DNA of 55,095 nt from Bigelowiella natans CCMP2755 (Eukaryota > Protista > Cercozoa), in contig ADNK01003517.1 in the NCBI GenBank assembly GCA_000320545.1, forward strand, positions 1-55,095, written 5' to 3'. Under the pieces are notes generated by a model. It saw nothing but the letters and a program-made list of their open reading frames with translations. It was not told the origin of the DNA and did no database searches. Of this stretch, positions 1 to 12,645 are shown one piece after another (the first letter of the stretch is position 1; every line of letters starts with the position of its first letter). The position numbers and the translations under genes are program-made.

Positions 1-28
1 TATTTTTATTAATCGTGCACTGCGTAAT

Positions 29-218
29 CATTCGCGAAGCTTTCGCGAATGCCGCCGCACGTGGGGCAGCACACTTCCGGTGTGCTGCCATGAGTCCCGC
101 CGGAACCCACGTGCCTATGCTGTATTAATATCTACGTTATCTATATTCTATATCCGCGACAACCCCTTTGTTGTCGCACGTGACTTGTGCCCGCGTAGTG
201 GTACGCGCTACAACTAGT
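29..218. repeat. Cluster of perfect hairpins ending in a hairpin + CTAG|T (possible Helitron 3' end)
   Basis: Stems at 29-38/42-51, 65-74/80-89, 57-65/106-114, 156-163/170-177 and 192-197/202-207, followed by CTAG at 214-217 and T at 218. Confidence 0.45.
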
Positions 219-571
219 GTAGCCAAAAACAAAGGCGGAAACACACACACACACACACACACACATCTAGACATGTGCATGCAATCGCACATGCATGTGG
301 AGACACATTAACACATGTCATTCGTGCGCACACGCACATGCATGTCTAGATGTGCACACAAGACGGATGCAATGAAATGTTCAAATCTTTTATTCAATGG
401 TCATCCCTAGATCCCAATGTAGCTGTGCAAAGCAGCGCTAGAGCGGCTGCAGCGCTCAAGTTGTGTCCATGCACTTGTGACACTTGTTTCCAGTGTCACA
501 TGCTACTTATTACATACACGGGAAGCACTTAACGAGTTACTAGCTTCCTCATTTACTACTTCATCATACAT

Positions 572-669
572 ATAGCTCCGATCGACTCCCTCTAGGTGTG
601 TCTATCAACCAATTCATTACATCCGTCTCATAGCTCCGATCGACTCCCTCTAGTTATATCTATCGACCA
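572..669. repeat. 58-bp-period direct duplication
   Basis: atagctccgatcgactccctctag occurs at 572-595 and 630-653; the copies continue gtgtgtctatc and ttatatctatc. Confidence 0.9.
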
Positions 670-704
670 GTCTTCTATGCGATGTTCTAACCACAATAAC
701 TCCA

Positions 705-1701
705 CTAGTAATCTTCTTTAAGTCTAATATCTTTCTTGGACTGCCTCGGTGGTTTGTATGCTTGCTTGTTAAGTATTCCCTTTTTTGCTAAATATGCAAC
801 CACATCCTTATCTTCCCATTTTCGAGGAAAGTGCTTAGAAACTTGGGGAATTGTGTGCACAACTTCCCCCCCTCTATACACAAGTAGCATCGGAAGAGCC
901 ACATTCGAAAAAGATTCCACTAAATCAGTAGATCTTGTGCGGATAAACTTGACATGGGTAAATTGAGGAGCAATGTCCTCTAGAATCAAGTTGAGACGAA
1001 TGCAAGCAGGGATTGTATTCTGGTAAAGATGGACGACCACATGGATCAATTCGTGTTCTTTCTCTGTCTCAGAGATGAACTCATCACGCTTCACTCGATA
1101 AAAACGACCGTAAGTAGGCAAAGAGTTTTTGATAAGATCGATCCTCTGTTGTTTGTACCTACCACATAAAAACATGCATGATGGGTTATTCCCTGAAGAA
1201 CACGGAGCAGCAGCACAATTTTGTTGGTTGTTGTTCTTACTACTTTCGAAATATTTCATCGTCTTCTTCGTCTTCATCTTCATCCTCATCCTCATCATCT
1301 CGGTTTGTGCTTTTCTGTGGTAGATTTTGATTAGCCACATGAGAGAAGTCTTCCTTCCCCTTTGCTCTCTTTTTGAGCTCTCTCTCCGCTCTCATGGCCT
1401 TCCTGAGATTCTTAAACTGCATAATGAGCTTTGCCTCTTCATAATCTGCTTTCACGCCTTTTGGTCCCGTGTTGCAGGCTTTCGTTCCTCTACGAATTTT
1501 CGGCATCATACCAGCTGGGGGGCCTCCTCTGCCCCCCTTCCCCCCACCTGCCATCCTCATTTCCATGTCGCCCATTCCCAACACGCCCTCGTCTTTCTTA
1601 GCTTCTTGAGCTTTTCGCTCATCTTCTTCGAGGGCCTCTTGGATAGCGACATCAATGTCAGAATCATGATCATCTTCCGGTTCAATCTCGTCTCCCATCA
1701 T
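705..1701 (-). CDS. Phosducin-like protein (PhLP1/phosducin type), 2 exons
   Basis: N-terminal TGPKGV motif, an acidic linker and a thioredoxin-like C-terminal domain (VVVHLY...C..LN..L..IA..F..VKF; ALPMLLVYRGGE). A GT-AG intron at 1243-1159 joins ...IFRK to YKQQRIDLIK in frame. Confidence 0.92.
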
Positions 1702-2239
1702 TTTTGGGTCTTATTCTTCTTTCTGATAAGATGGCAGAACATCACAGCCTTATAATCACTGCTAAGCTTGGCAACAATATAGACGACCTCAATACTTATT
1801 TTTATCATTCTATCACCATGTAGCAACCTCCTTACATTATCATCCAATTTTTAAACAACTAAAATGTGAAAGATGAGATAGGTTTCATTGAACTAAACAT
1901 GAAAGGAGGTAAGGCAAATTGTTGTTCAAGCAGGTAAACAGGAAGGTGGTCTACGCTTTGCCACATTGACAAGTTTGATGTGAGCTCTCCACCACCTTTT
2001 CGTCGAAGGTTTGGAAGAAAGTTCTGAGACCGTGCTGCTTTTTCTTCTTCTTCTTCTTCTCCTTCTCCTTCTTCTCCTTCTCCTTCTTCTCCTTCTTCCC
2101 TGTTGTGTGGTGAGGGGAAGAAACTGGTTGTCACTCACTACGACTACTGCTCCTACAAAAAAGTGTTGTAATAATTGTTGCGAAATGTTTGTACGAATTG
2201 TCACCACTGATGACTTGAGAACAACGTGTAGAATCAACA

Positions 2240-3720
2240 ACATTTAGCTGCATGAAAAAGAACATCGGCCTTCCTTTCACTTCACGAATTGTTAGCTTTC
2301 AGGATTTCCCCAAACCTTTCTTTTCGGTTGTTTTTTGCCTGCACGCTCCAGCACTCTTTTTCTTTCACTTTTTTGACACCGATGAAGTGAGCAGCGGTCT
2401 GGTGGTGGGGGCTCTGTGACAGCTCACCCTCCAGCCCTTGCCTGTGCACGAACACCTCTCTAGCTCTGGACCTGCCCTGGACGGCTGGACGGGAATCGAG
2501 GACCTGCGTCAACACCTGGGTGTCGAGTCCCCGCGCGGCCCGCTTTGCCTGATTGCGCTGGGTGCTTCTCACGACACTCCGTTTTCCCTGGCCCAGCCGA
2601 GTTCTGATCTGGGGCTCGTCCGAACCAACTTGCTGATGGCAGTGCGTCTGTGCACGCTGGACACGTTGTTGTGATGTCCAAGCAGTCAAGCACGTCCGTT
2701 CGTTGTTCAACTGCACCGCCACAGCGCGTGGCGTGAAAAGGAGTGACCAGTGATTCCGCTCAATTCTTGGCGGATTCCAACGGGGCAAGTGGAAGCTCAC
2801 GTTCACCAGTGTTGTGCCTCATTCTTGAATGGAGCCAATCCAGCAATGTCAGAATGGACGAATCTCCGATTCACAAGAAGGGTTCCACCGGCAGTCAAAA
2901 CAAAAGTCTGAAAACTGGCTGAGCCACGTCAGCACGACTAGACGAGCCACTTGGAGTCTTTGTGGCCATGAGCGTGTGCGTGCGCGCGTGTGATGCACGT
3001 GCACCAATGTTGTTCACGTGCATCAAGCTAGCAAGTTGGTGCACGTGTGCTGCACATCATCACGTCGACGCCACTGTCTTTGTGTGCGCCACGCGTGTTG
3101 TGAATCGAACCTTCATCTCGCCACGCTTCGGTTCTTGCTCGTGGCGCGCATGTTTGTGTTTGTTTGTTGCATGGGGACACGTCTAGACGTGCATGCACAC
3201 GTGCACTGCATGACGTGTGCCACACGCCAGCACGTCCATGACGAGACGTGCGTGACCACCTGCTAGCCTGCTCTGGTGCTCCGTCTAGCCAGCTAGCCAG
3301 TCTAGCAGTGCTTGCTAGCTTGCCTGCTTGCCTGCCACTCATTGCCAGCACAGCAGGTGTTCGTGATGGTGCTAGAGTCAGGAGTGGATCCGCATGCATC
3401 TGCTAGCAAAGAGCTGTGCACGTCTCTAGGTCTTCTTCACGCAAATGAATCCACGCTAGCACGCCACACTAGACTAGTAGAATGTTGCACGTGCAGCGCT
3501 AGACCGCATCACCCAGCTCCAGAGCTTGCTCACATCCCGACATTGTGCACACTACTAGACCACAAGATGAAATGTGCGAGCAGCTTCACAAGCTCAGATC
3601 ACAGAACGGATGTTTCCAGCGATCACAATGGCTCAAATGACTGATGCATCATGTTAGACCATGCCACATTTTTGTGTCGCATTCAACGCTAAAATGCATG
3701 TGCAAGCCTGCTACGACAAA
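2240..3720. other. TpA-depleted, CTAG-retaining intergenic block
   Basis: Rich in TG/CA/CG; nearly all remaining TA are in ctag (e.g. tgctagcc..tctagccagctagccagtctagc). Confidence 0.85.
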
Positions 3721-3876
3721 CACAAACTTCCGATCCATTTAATGCAGTGATATTTTTTTAGATCTCAAGGGACTATTTTGTGTTTATGTATCAGTGTATA
3801 CGAAATATGACTAAACTAATTTTACTTACGATAAAGTTCGTTTTATGAAAAATGTACTAAGAATCGTCCAATTTTC

Positions 3877-5755
3877 TTATTGTCTCCCCATAGCACGTTC
3901 AAATTGATCCTCCATTTTCTCAAGTGTGTCATCGACTCGTTTCATCGCCTTTTCTGCGTAAGAACTCAACTGGTGCCTCAAGTCCTCGTTGCTAATAACC
4001 GCTCCTTGCTGAATTTTAGAAAAATGATAATCACGACCCGAACGATGATTGATAAAGAACTTTCTTACTCGTTCCAAGTAAATGGATAGGTCACTTAGTG
4101 CATTCCTACGGAATTATCAAACAATTTAACTCACATGGTCGCAACTTTAAATTTAGATTATCGGAAATTACTGTCTCAGAGCTGCATCTACAGCTGTAGC
4201 ATTCTCCTTCTTCATGTGTTTCTTTTCTGACTTTTTTGATGCTGATGCCTGTTCGCTGTTGAGGGATCAAGTTTTTTTTAGTGAAATAATGTCTTGATCA
4301 TCTCACACTCCTTTAGTACTACCTTGACTCTCCGCTTTTAGTGAATAGGGATGAGCTCAGGCTTGTCAATTCGACCTCTTTCTTTTTCTGCGTGGATGGT
4401 ATCAGGTTTAAACTTGCAGGTAAGAATTAACTTCATTACACACATAAAAACAAACCTCTACGTCTCCCCTTTTTTTTCCATGCTCTGAAGATTTTTTCAC
4501 AGGGCTTGGAGAAGGTGAAGACGATGATTTCTTCCAGAACAACACTGATGATAGGGCGGAGGCCTCTTCCTGAGCAGCAGCTTGAGGAGGAGCTGCGGGT
4601 CCACCGTTTGGTACAGCAACAGGGCTAGGAGGTTGTACTGCAGCGATGGAGGAGTTTTTGTGATGATGGGAAATGTGAGTTTCCTTGTGCTCCTCCTTCT
4701 TCTTCGTATCAGCGGAGGCTGATGTGGTTGGATTCTTCCAAAAAAGAACGGAATCAAGCACACGTGAAGTGTCCTCTGATTTTTTCTTTTTGTGATCCCT
4801 TTTAGCCGGAGAAGCAGCGGTAGCTGGCTTTGCTTCCCCTTCTCCTTTGAAAAGAAGCATTGAACCTAAAGTGCTGTCCTTCTTGTGAGATTTCCCATGT
4901 TTTTTACTACTCTTTGAATCAGCGTGTTTCGGGGCTGCAGTAATAGCATCCCCCCCTTTGAAAGTCATAATAGAGCTCATTGAAGATGACTTCTTCTTAT
5001 GAGAATCATTTTTCTTTGCTTCTGCAGCACGCTTGGAAGTTTTTGTTGAGGGTGCACTCTTAAATGCAAGCATCGACCCCATTGTTTGGCCCTCCTTTTT
5101 GTGATTTTTTTTTCCGCTGGCGGAAGCAGATTTCTTTGTTGAGGTAGAGCCACTTTTCGAGGAAAGGGATGCTTGTAAGGGTGTCTCCTGATGTGCAGCA
5201 GGCTCAATGCGTGCCTCTGTTGATGCAACAGTCTTCCCAGCACGAGCCAGTGCCCTTTCTGTCAGGTAATTGATATCAGAAGCAACATCCTCGTTTGCCC
5301 TCTGATGTGCCGTTGCTAGCGTTGCGTACAATTCATCTACGAGCGCCGCCTTCTCTTTTTGCACGGAACCACGGGCAAGCTGGACAGCATTACGCGAAAC
5401 TGCTGCATTGTGATCGACCTGATTTTGATAAAATAACGGATATATAGTTGAAGAAATCTTCATAATTCTCAAATTCGGTGCTACCGTGGATGCTAGAATC
5501 TGATGATCGGGAGTAGATACATCAAACATGCTGGTGTAAGCCACCATGCAACAGCAAAGAGTGCTCGCCGCCTATTTAGAGATAAACTCAGTATCGGTTG
5601 AAGGCTGGGAGTGTTCTTTCTTTATGAGTCATCACCACTATCAGAATAGCGATCTGGTTTCTCTTTGATTTCAGGAATCGACGAGGCCAATTGTTGGAAG
5701 AACTCTCTCCCTTGAGAGGTGTTTGCTCGTTGACAGATCTGTTGAAGAGAAGCAT
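3877..5755 (-). CDS. Hypothetical Lys/Ser-rich membrane-anchored protein, multi-exon
   Basis: Exon 1 from the ATG at 5755 (MLLFNRSVNEQTPLKG...IAILIV) splices to AASTLCCCMVAYTS, forming a hydrophobic segment. Large exon in ORF 4408-5547; terminal exon in ORF 3877-4077. Confidence 0.65.
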
Positions 5756-6294
5756 CTTTGGTTCGAGTGCTTTAGTCTCACAGGTAATTCAATGTTCCGT
5801 TCACGGTAGTAGTTTTGAGGTTCTTCCTGACGTTTAAGTTTTCATCAAATTAAAAATCGAATTTGAAAGAGTTTTACAACTTGAATCTACATTACTTTCT
5901 ATTTTTCTAGTGTTTTCGCTGATCCCCTCCCCTAGGGCCTTCTTACTCTCTTCAAGCTCGCCTTGGGTACACGGCTGTCGGAATAATGTTTACACTTAAT
6001 TTTACTTAATTTTACTTAAATTTCCGCATGAAAAGCAAGCTCAGTGCAAGGTGTAGCCAAATCTCTTGGTTAATTTGTCAGTGTTGATCTCAAGTTTAAT
6101 GACCATATTTGACACATTTTCCACGCAAATCCCTTTCTATTTGTGTCTTTCCCCCTAGTTTCACATTTTTATTAAAACATGATGTCGTTTTAATTTATCG
6201 GGTAATTGTTTTTCTCTTGCCTATAAAATTAATGTGCCGTGAGATCACTTGGAGATTTAGAGAGGCAGTCAGGGGTTATTCATTTCGCGACTGC

Positions 6295-6478
<184 letters not shown>

Positions 6479-6598
6479 AAAATCTAACATCTATCTCAAG
6501 GATCAGTGTGGAACGACGATAGCGCCCCCCCAATCCCGCCAACCAGCCTCAGCCTCATTTAACGCACCATCAAGACATTCACGTTTGAGTACGACTTC

Positions 6599-7223
6599 AT
6601 GACTCAACGTTTGACAGCAACAAGCTTCCAGCTTAATGGAGAAAAGAGAACCATCATGCTGATCGAAAATTTACCGGAGAAGGTGATGGATGAGTACACA
6701 GTATCTGAAGTTCTTACTACATTTAACAATGATGAGAGTAGGGATAGGAACTTAAGAAAAAGCTTTACAACTTTGCCTAACCAACTAACCTCTACCACCA
6801 TCACCATCATCCATCCCCACCACCACCACCACTGACAGAGTCTGGAGTCTACCTTGAGGGCTGTGTTTCAAATTCCCAACTCAACGTCAATCCAAGGATT
6901 TACAACAACAACTGTGACTGCAGAAGGAGATGGTTATGAAGATCATCTCATTTCTCTATCCCATGTCTGCCAAAATCCATTTCAATTCAAAAGTGCTGCT
7001 ACCTTCTTGACAGTGTGTACAAGGTAAGTCACGAATATAAGAGCTGGCCATACTAATTTTTCATTCAACTTGATTCGTTGTGCTAATTCATTTCAAAAAA
7101 ACCGTAGATCTGACAATGGCAACGAAGAGAGCGCCAAATCAACGATACAACAAGTATGTCTTCTGCTCCCAGCTATCTAGCTATGTATATTGAATTCACC
7201 GCATTAAAATGATGATGGTGATA

Positions 7224-7258
<35 letters not shown>

Positions 7259-8919
7259 CTACATGTATGAAGGTCCCAGACGATGACGCCTTGGATCAAG
7301 AGACGAAAAATGTAATCCTCGTTATATTAAAGTTCTTGATCGGAATTTTTATCAACACGATCTTCTAGGCTGGAAATCATTTAATTATGATTTCGGGAAG
7401 AAGACTATCTGCTGTAGTTATTATTTTACCATAGTTTATTCTCTTTTGATGATGACGTTGTCCCAATAATAACCAGGGAGATAATGATTCACCAGCTGCT
7501 GGATATGTCATTAAAGCCCAATCGGCATCTCATCTCACAACACTCCTTCATACTCACAAGGTAGTAATCACGGTGCTAGTGTCGTGGTGGTGGTGGTGGT
7601 GGTTGTGGCGATTGTCGCTGGCTGCTGCGGTGTATCCTTCTTTCTTCTTCAAATTCTTCAAATTTTCTGTCTTACGCCATCACCAGCAGAGTAGTTAAAT
7701 TGATGATTCCTCTTCCTCCTCCCCCTCTTCTCCCCCTCCACCTCATTAAACTACTACTACTACTACTAATAATAATAATAATAATAGGACGGTCTGGTAG
7801 TGGTTGCAATAATCAAGCTTACCGCTGACTCCGGAGCTTCTGTAAGCAAGCAAGCAAATAATTGTTGATTCTACTTCATTGATATTGTAGCAGCACAAGG
7901 AGGATATAGCATCCCTCTCTCCTCATCCATATTTTCGGATAATAATATGCCCTATGCCCACACAAATGATACTTTGACTACTGCTACTACTACTACTATA
8001 ATGTTTTGCAATCGTCACCATCATCTCAGTTCTCTGTGCAATCAACGCTCCGTGCGCTTTCTAAGAGGATGCCCACGATCATATTCATCGAGGCTGATGT
8101 TTGTAAGTCATAAATTGTAAATTTCTTTCTCTAATGAATTCTTTCTTTTGCCCGATCATTTTAAATTAATTACCACTGCCTCTTTCTCACTGTTGAGCCC
8201 TTCTATCAATTCATTGAGCAACCACACATATAATTTTTAATTCAAGATAATCTTATGGGTTCGGCTCACGCTCCGGCACGAGGCTCTGTTCTTCCAATTT
8301 TCCGTTTTTTCCAGGAAGGGGAATTGGTAAGCTTCCTGGTGCTGCGATGATGATGCACAATATGATATACCACTTGCACAATCTACTAACAATCTATTGT
8401 CTTTTGAGAGTGAGATGATTTTCTTCCCTCTCTTCTTCTTTGATTGATCTACTGATTGATTGATCGATTGATTATTGAAAAGGTGCAAGAGTATAAAGGA
8501 GGATCGCCTACTTCCCTCACTGATGCTACAATGCAGCTTGCGAGGAATGCCACCGCATCTATTGCTGCCAGGGCGGCTTTGTCGCCGTATCCTTATTCTC
8601 CTGCTGCTGCTGCTGCTGCTGCTTCAGCTTCCTCGAATGCTACTACTACTACTACTACAACAACAAAAAACAACACCTACTACCCCTACTGCGACGATGT
8701 AAATGTTATTTCAGCATTATTACTACTACTAATACTAATAACAATTTATTTTTTGGAAAGAAAAGAAAAAGAAAAGAGCATAATGTAATAACTCCATGAG
8801 GGATATTATTTCCACTACCATGCCCATCATCCATCTATCCTTTTGCAGGATTCTTACTACGAATCAAAGCTGGTAGCAGTGATACCAGAGGAAGATATCC
8901 CGCCGGAGTATTTTGAAAG

Positions 8920-8950
<31 letters not shown>

Positions 8951-9111
8951 AATTAGTACTAGTAGCAAAGTGCGTGGGCAGTAGTAACTCTCTCACTTCT
9001 TAAGTCAGTCGTTCTATCGTATGCTTGATGATATTTGTTCTTCAAGCTACTACTACTCGTTAGCTGATCCTGCTGCTGCTGTTGCTGTTACTGCTGCCTA
9101 CTATTTCACCG

Positions 9112-9143
<32 letters not shown>

Positions 9144-10634
9144 ACTAGTTAAAAGAATTGTATAGTTTCTCTGTATAGACGATAGGAGAGGCTTCTAGTC
9201 GAAGGGGATAGGAAATCTGTTTTTCCATGATTTTTTTTATCTTATCTACTTTTCTCATCACATCGTATTATCCAAAGAAAGGGGCATGGAAATCATCCAA
9301 CACCACAACTTGGTAATATTTTAATCATTCACATAAAAAGGCTAGTTGATGAAATCAAATTGTTTTATGGTATTATGCACAAAATATCTTTAAACTTGTC
9401 TAATTTCATTATTGAAGGATGATAATTATAGCATTGGTAGCAGCAGTAGTAGTTATTGTTGATGGAGATCATAAAAAATCAAGCATGCAGATAATACGAT
9501 TCATAAAGATAATAATGAACGTATCAACATCGATGTGCATAATAGATTGTAGTAACCGATTTCATTACTAAATTGTGTGTGATCACTCACTCATTCATTC
9601 ATTCATTCATTCATTCATTATGTGGGTCATCATCATCATGTGTAGAGAGTGGACAGCCAACCGACTTTAATCCTCCGGTGTACAAGCCTCTCCGTATTGA
9701 TATTCGTAATAATGAGTATGATGAGGATGGGGAGGAGGAAGAGGATCGCTACCACAACAACAACTACCTGAAAATGGTGGCTGGGAATGAATATGAAACG
9801 ACTGGGAACAGTTAAGAACGACAACAACAACAACAAATAATATAGTACCCAAATATTAGCGATCACTATCCATAAAATATACCGAGAGGAAAAGTGATGA
9901 ATCAATCAATTTTAATAAGAATTTCAAATTTGGAGGGAGAGGATGGAAAAGCAATCGCCTTTCTCCTTGTTCTGTGCTGCAGAAAGTCACCACTACTGCT
10001 ATTACTACTACTCTTAATTAGATGATGAGGACGACTATGACCAGATTCTTGGGCATGATGCTACAGACGGGTGATGAGTGACTAATCAACTACTCAAACG
10101 AATAACCAAACGAAGAATCAAACCCAATGGGGGGAAGAAAAGGGCCAGTATTACCAATAGAAATAATCAAAAAAGGAACTGCATGCAATTAATCGATTTT
10201 CTGTTCTAAAGTCGTCATCACATTAAGCAGAGTATTATCTGGTTGATTCGTAATTGTAGGCCAGCTACATTGAGCGCCATGGATTATAGAGATTTGAAAC
10301 GATTGCTACAAGTCCTTATCACACCTTTAATACACAAGAAAGAACTCAGCGAATCAGATGCGCAAATGTTGCTGGAAAGAGTGGATGAAAAAGTACTAGT
10401 AGTAGTAATAGTGGAAGAAGAAGAAGAAGAAGAAAAAGAAAAATAAGAAGGAGGAGGCAGTTGGTAGTAAACTACAAGAATAGTAGTTGAATAGTTTATG
10501 TAAGACATAAATAGAGTCTTACTGCCAGCGAATAAATAACACCTTTTCGTCTCTCCTCAAGAAGAAGAAGAAGAAGAACAAGACAGAAGAAGAAAGAAGA
10601 TTTGTTGTTGGTGTTGTCAGGACTACTTACTACA

Positions 10635-10672
<38 letters not shown>

Positions 10673-11590
10673 TCTAAATTGTATCGTAAATCATCATCAG
10701 GAACCAATTCTCCTTGGAACACTACTCAATCACGCTGAAAATGGGGTACTAAGTAGTATCAAATAAGAAAGGAAGAAAAGCTGCTGCATATCTTCCTACT
10801 TCTAATTTATTATGATAACATCTCCCTGTGTTTCTAATATATTCTGCTATTATTACTATTACTATTACTATTACTATCATTATTATTATTCTTAATATTA
10901 TTTAGGACATTGCTGAGACGAATAACATCTTGGTAATAAGAACGATGAATTGTTAGCATTTTTCGAATGATGAAAGTCCAAATCATTGTTGGGATACTAA
11001 AGACACTAAGGAATGTCATCGTAGACTTCCTGAATGTAGTACTACAAGCATCCTCCTTATGTGATATTATGGAAACAACAAAATCAAATAATGCTATGAA
11101 GAATCAAATTTACATAACTTGTCACCTGCTTGGACACCATATCGTCAATGGCTACCCAAGCCCCCCTTTTGTTGTTTGTATGTAGCAGAGCTATACATTG
11201 AATAGTACTGATTGATTGTTGACCATGTTCAGATCAAAATAGTGCGTTTGAACGAAGTCGCTCTTGATTATCAAGTACGATGATAATGATAATGATGATG
11301 ATGATGAAAAGAAGCAAAACTAATAGATTAGTTTGAGGGGTGAAGTGAAGAAGAACAAGAACAAGAAAGGCTAAGATGAACGAATTGCAAATCTTTTAAT
11401 CATAATCATCTTCTTCATCATCATGATAGTTAAATGTGTGTTATAACATCATTATTATTCTTCTTTTCTCACTTCTGAATGACGATGATGATGAATATAA
11501 GGTTGGGCTTGACTCTGTTGGCGTAAGATTAGCTATTTTAGAGCGATTTTATAGAATGAAGGCCTTAAGGAAAAAGGTTCTCTGCTGCTG

Positions 11591-11624
<34 letters not shown>

Positions 11625-12317
11625 TGTCATCTGAGATAGAAAGAAAGAAAGAAAAAGGAATTGATGGGGGAGAATGCATTCTATGTAGTAGTAGATCACA
11701 GCTGTATGCTTGTTCATATATTTTCTACTTAATAGAGCTAGTAGATGAATAAGTAGTATTATTGTTATCTCTCATCACTCTTACTACTATTATTAATACT
11801 ACTACACGGCTCTCCTCACTCCTTCTTCTTGTTATTATGATTATTATTCTAACTGTTATTCGTTTATTCCATTTCCTCCTCCTCCTCCTCCTCCTCCTCC
11901 TCCTCCTCCCAGGAGTTAAAGTTGTTACGATTGCTGGTGGGACAGAAAGATGAGGAAATTGAGCATGTGTTCCGTTCTTATCCAAGGGGTGCGGGTGGGG
12001 GGGGGGGTAGCAGTACTACTACTATTACCAGAATGAGCGACAGCAGCAGCAGCAGTAGCAGATTGAACCCTGCTTGGCTTCTAGAAAGACTTGTAGAGAT
12101 TTTGGGAGAGGTATCGTCTGAGGAGGAGGAAGAAGAACAAGAACAAGAACAAGAAAATGATGATGATGATGATGACAAAGAAGAGGATGGAGGAGATTAT
12201 CAAGATCATAATTATCAAGTTGCTGCTGCTGGTTCTTTGATGTATGAGGACATGGAAGCAGTACCTCCCAACAACAACAACAACAACAACAACAACAAGG
12301 CCTATTACTACGCTGCT

Positions 12318-12348
<31 letters not shown>

Positions 12349-12449
12349 ACGACGACGATGATGGTGATTATATCAAGAATAAAGGACCAAGCCATTCCTT
12401 CGATGTAGTGCTATACTAACTACTACACAACTATCTGTACTAGCTATAT

Positions 12450-12483
<34 letters not shown>

Positions 12484-12569
12484 TATGAAAGTTAAACAAG
12501 ACGAATCATTATGACAAGTACAAAATAACGCAACATATAACCTCCCCACCCCCCAAAAACACAATATTG

Positions 12570-12608
<39 letters not shown>

Positions 12609-12611
12609 ATT

Positions 12612-12645
<34 letters not shown>

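Noticed and set aside
1240-1245. Stop-codon readthrough or alternative genetic code in phosducin (AAG TAG TAA)
   Set aside because: A GT-AG intron at 1243-1159 restores the frame under the standard code.
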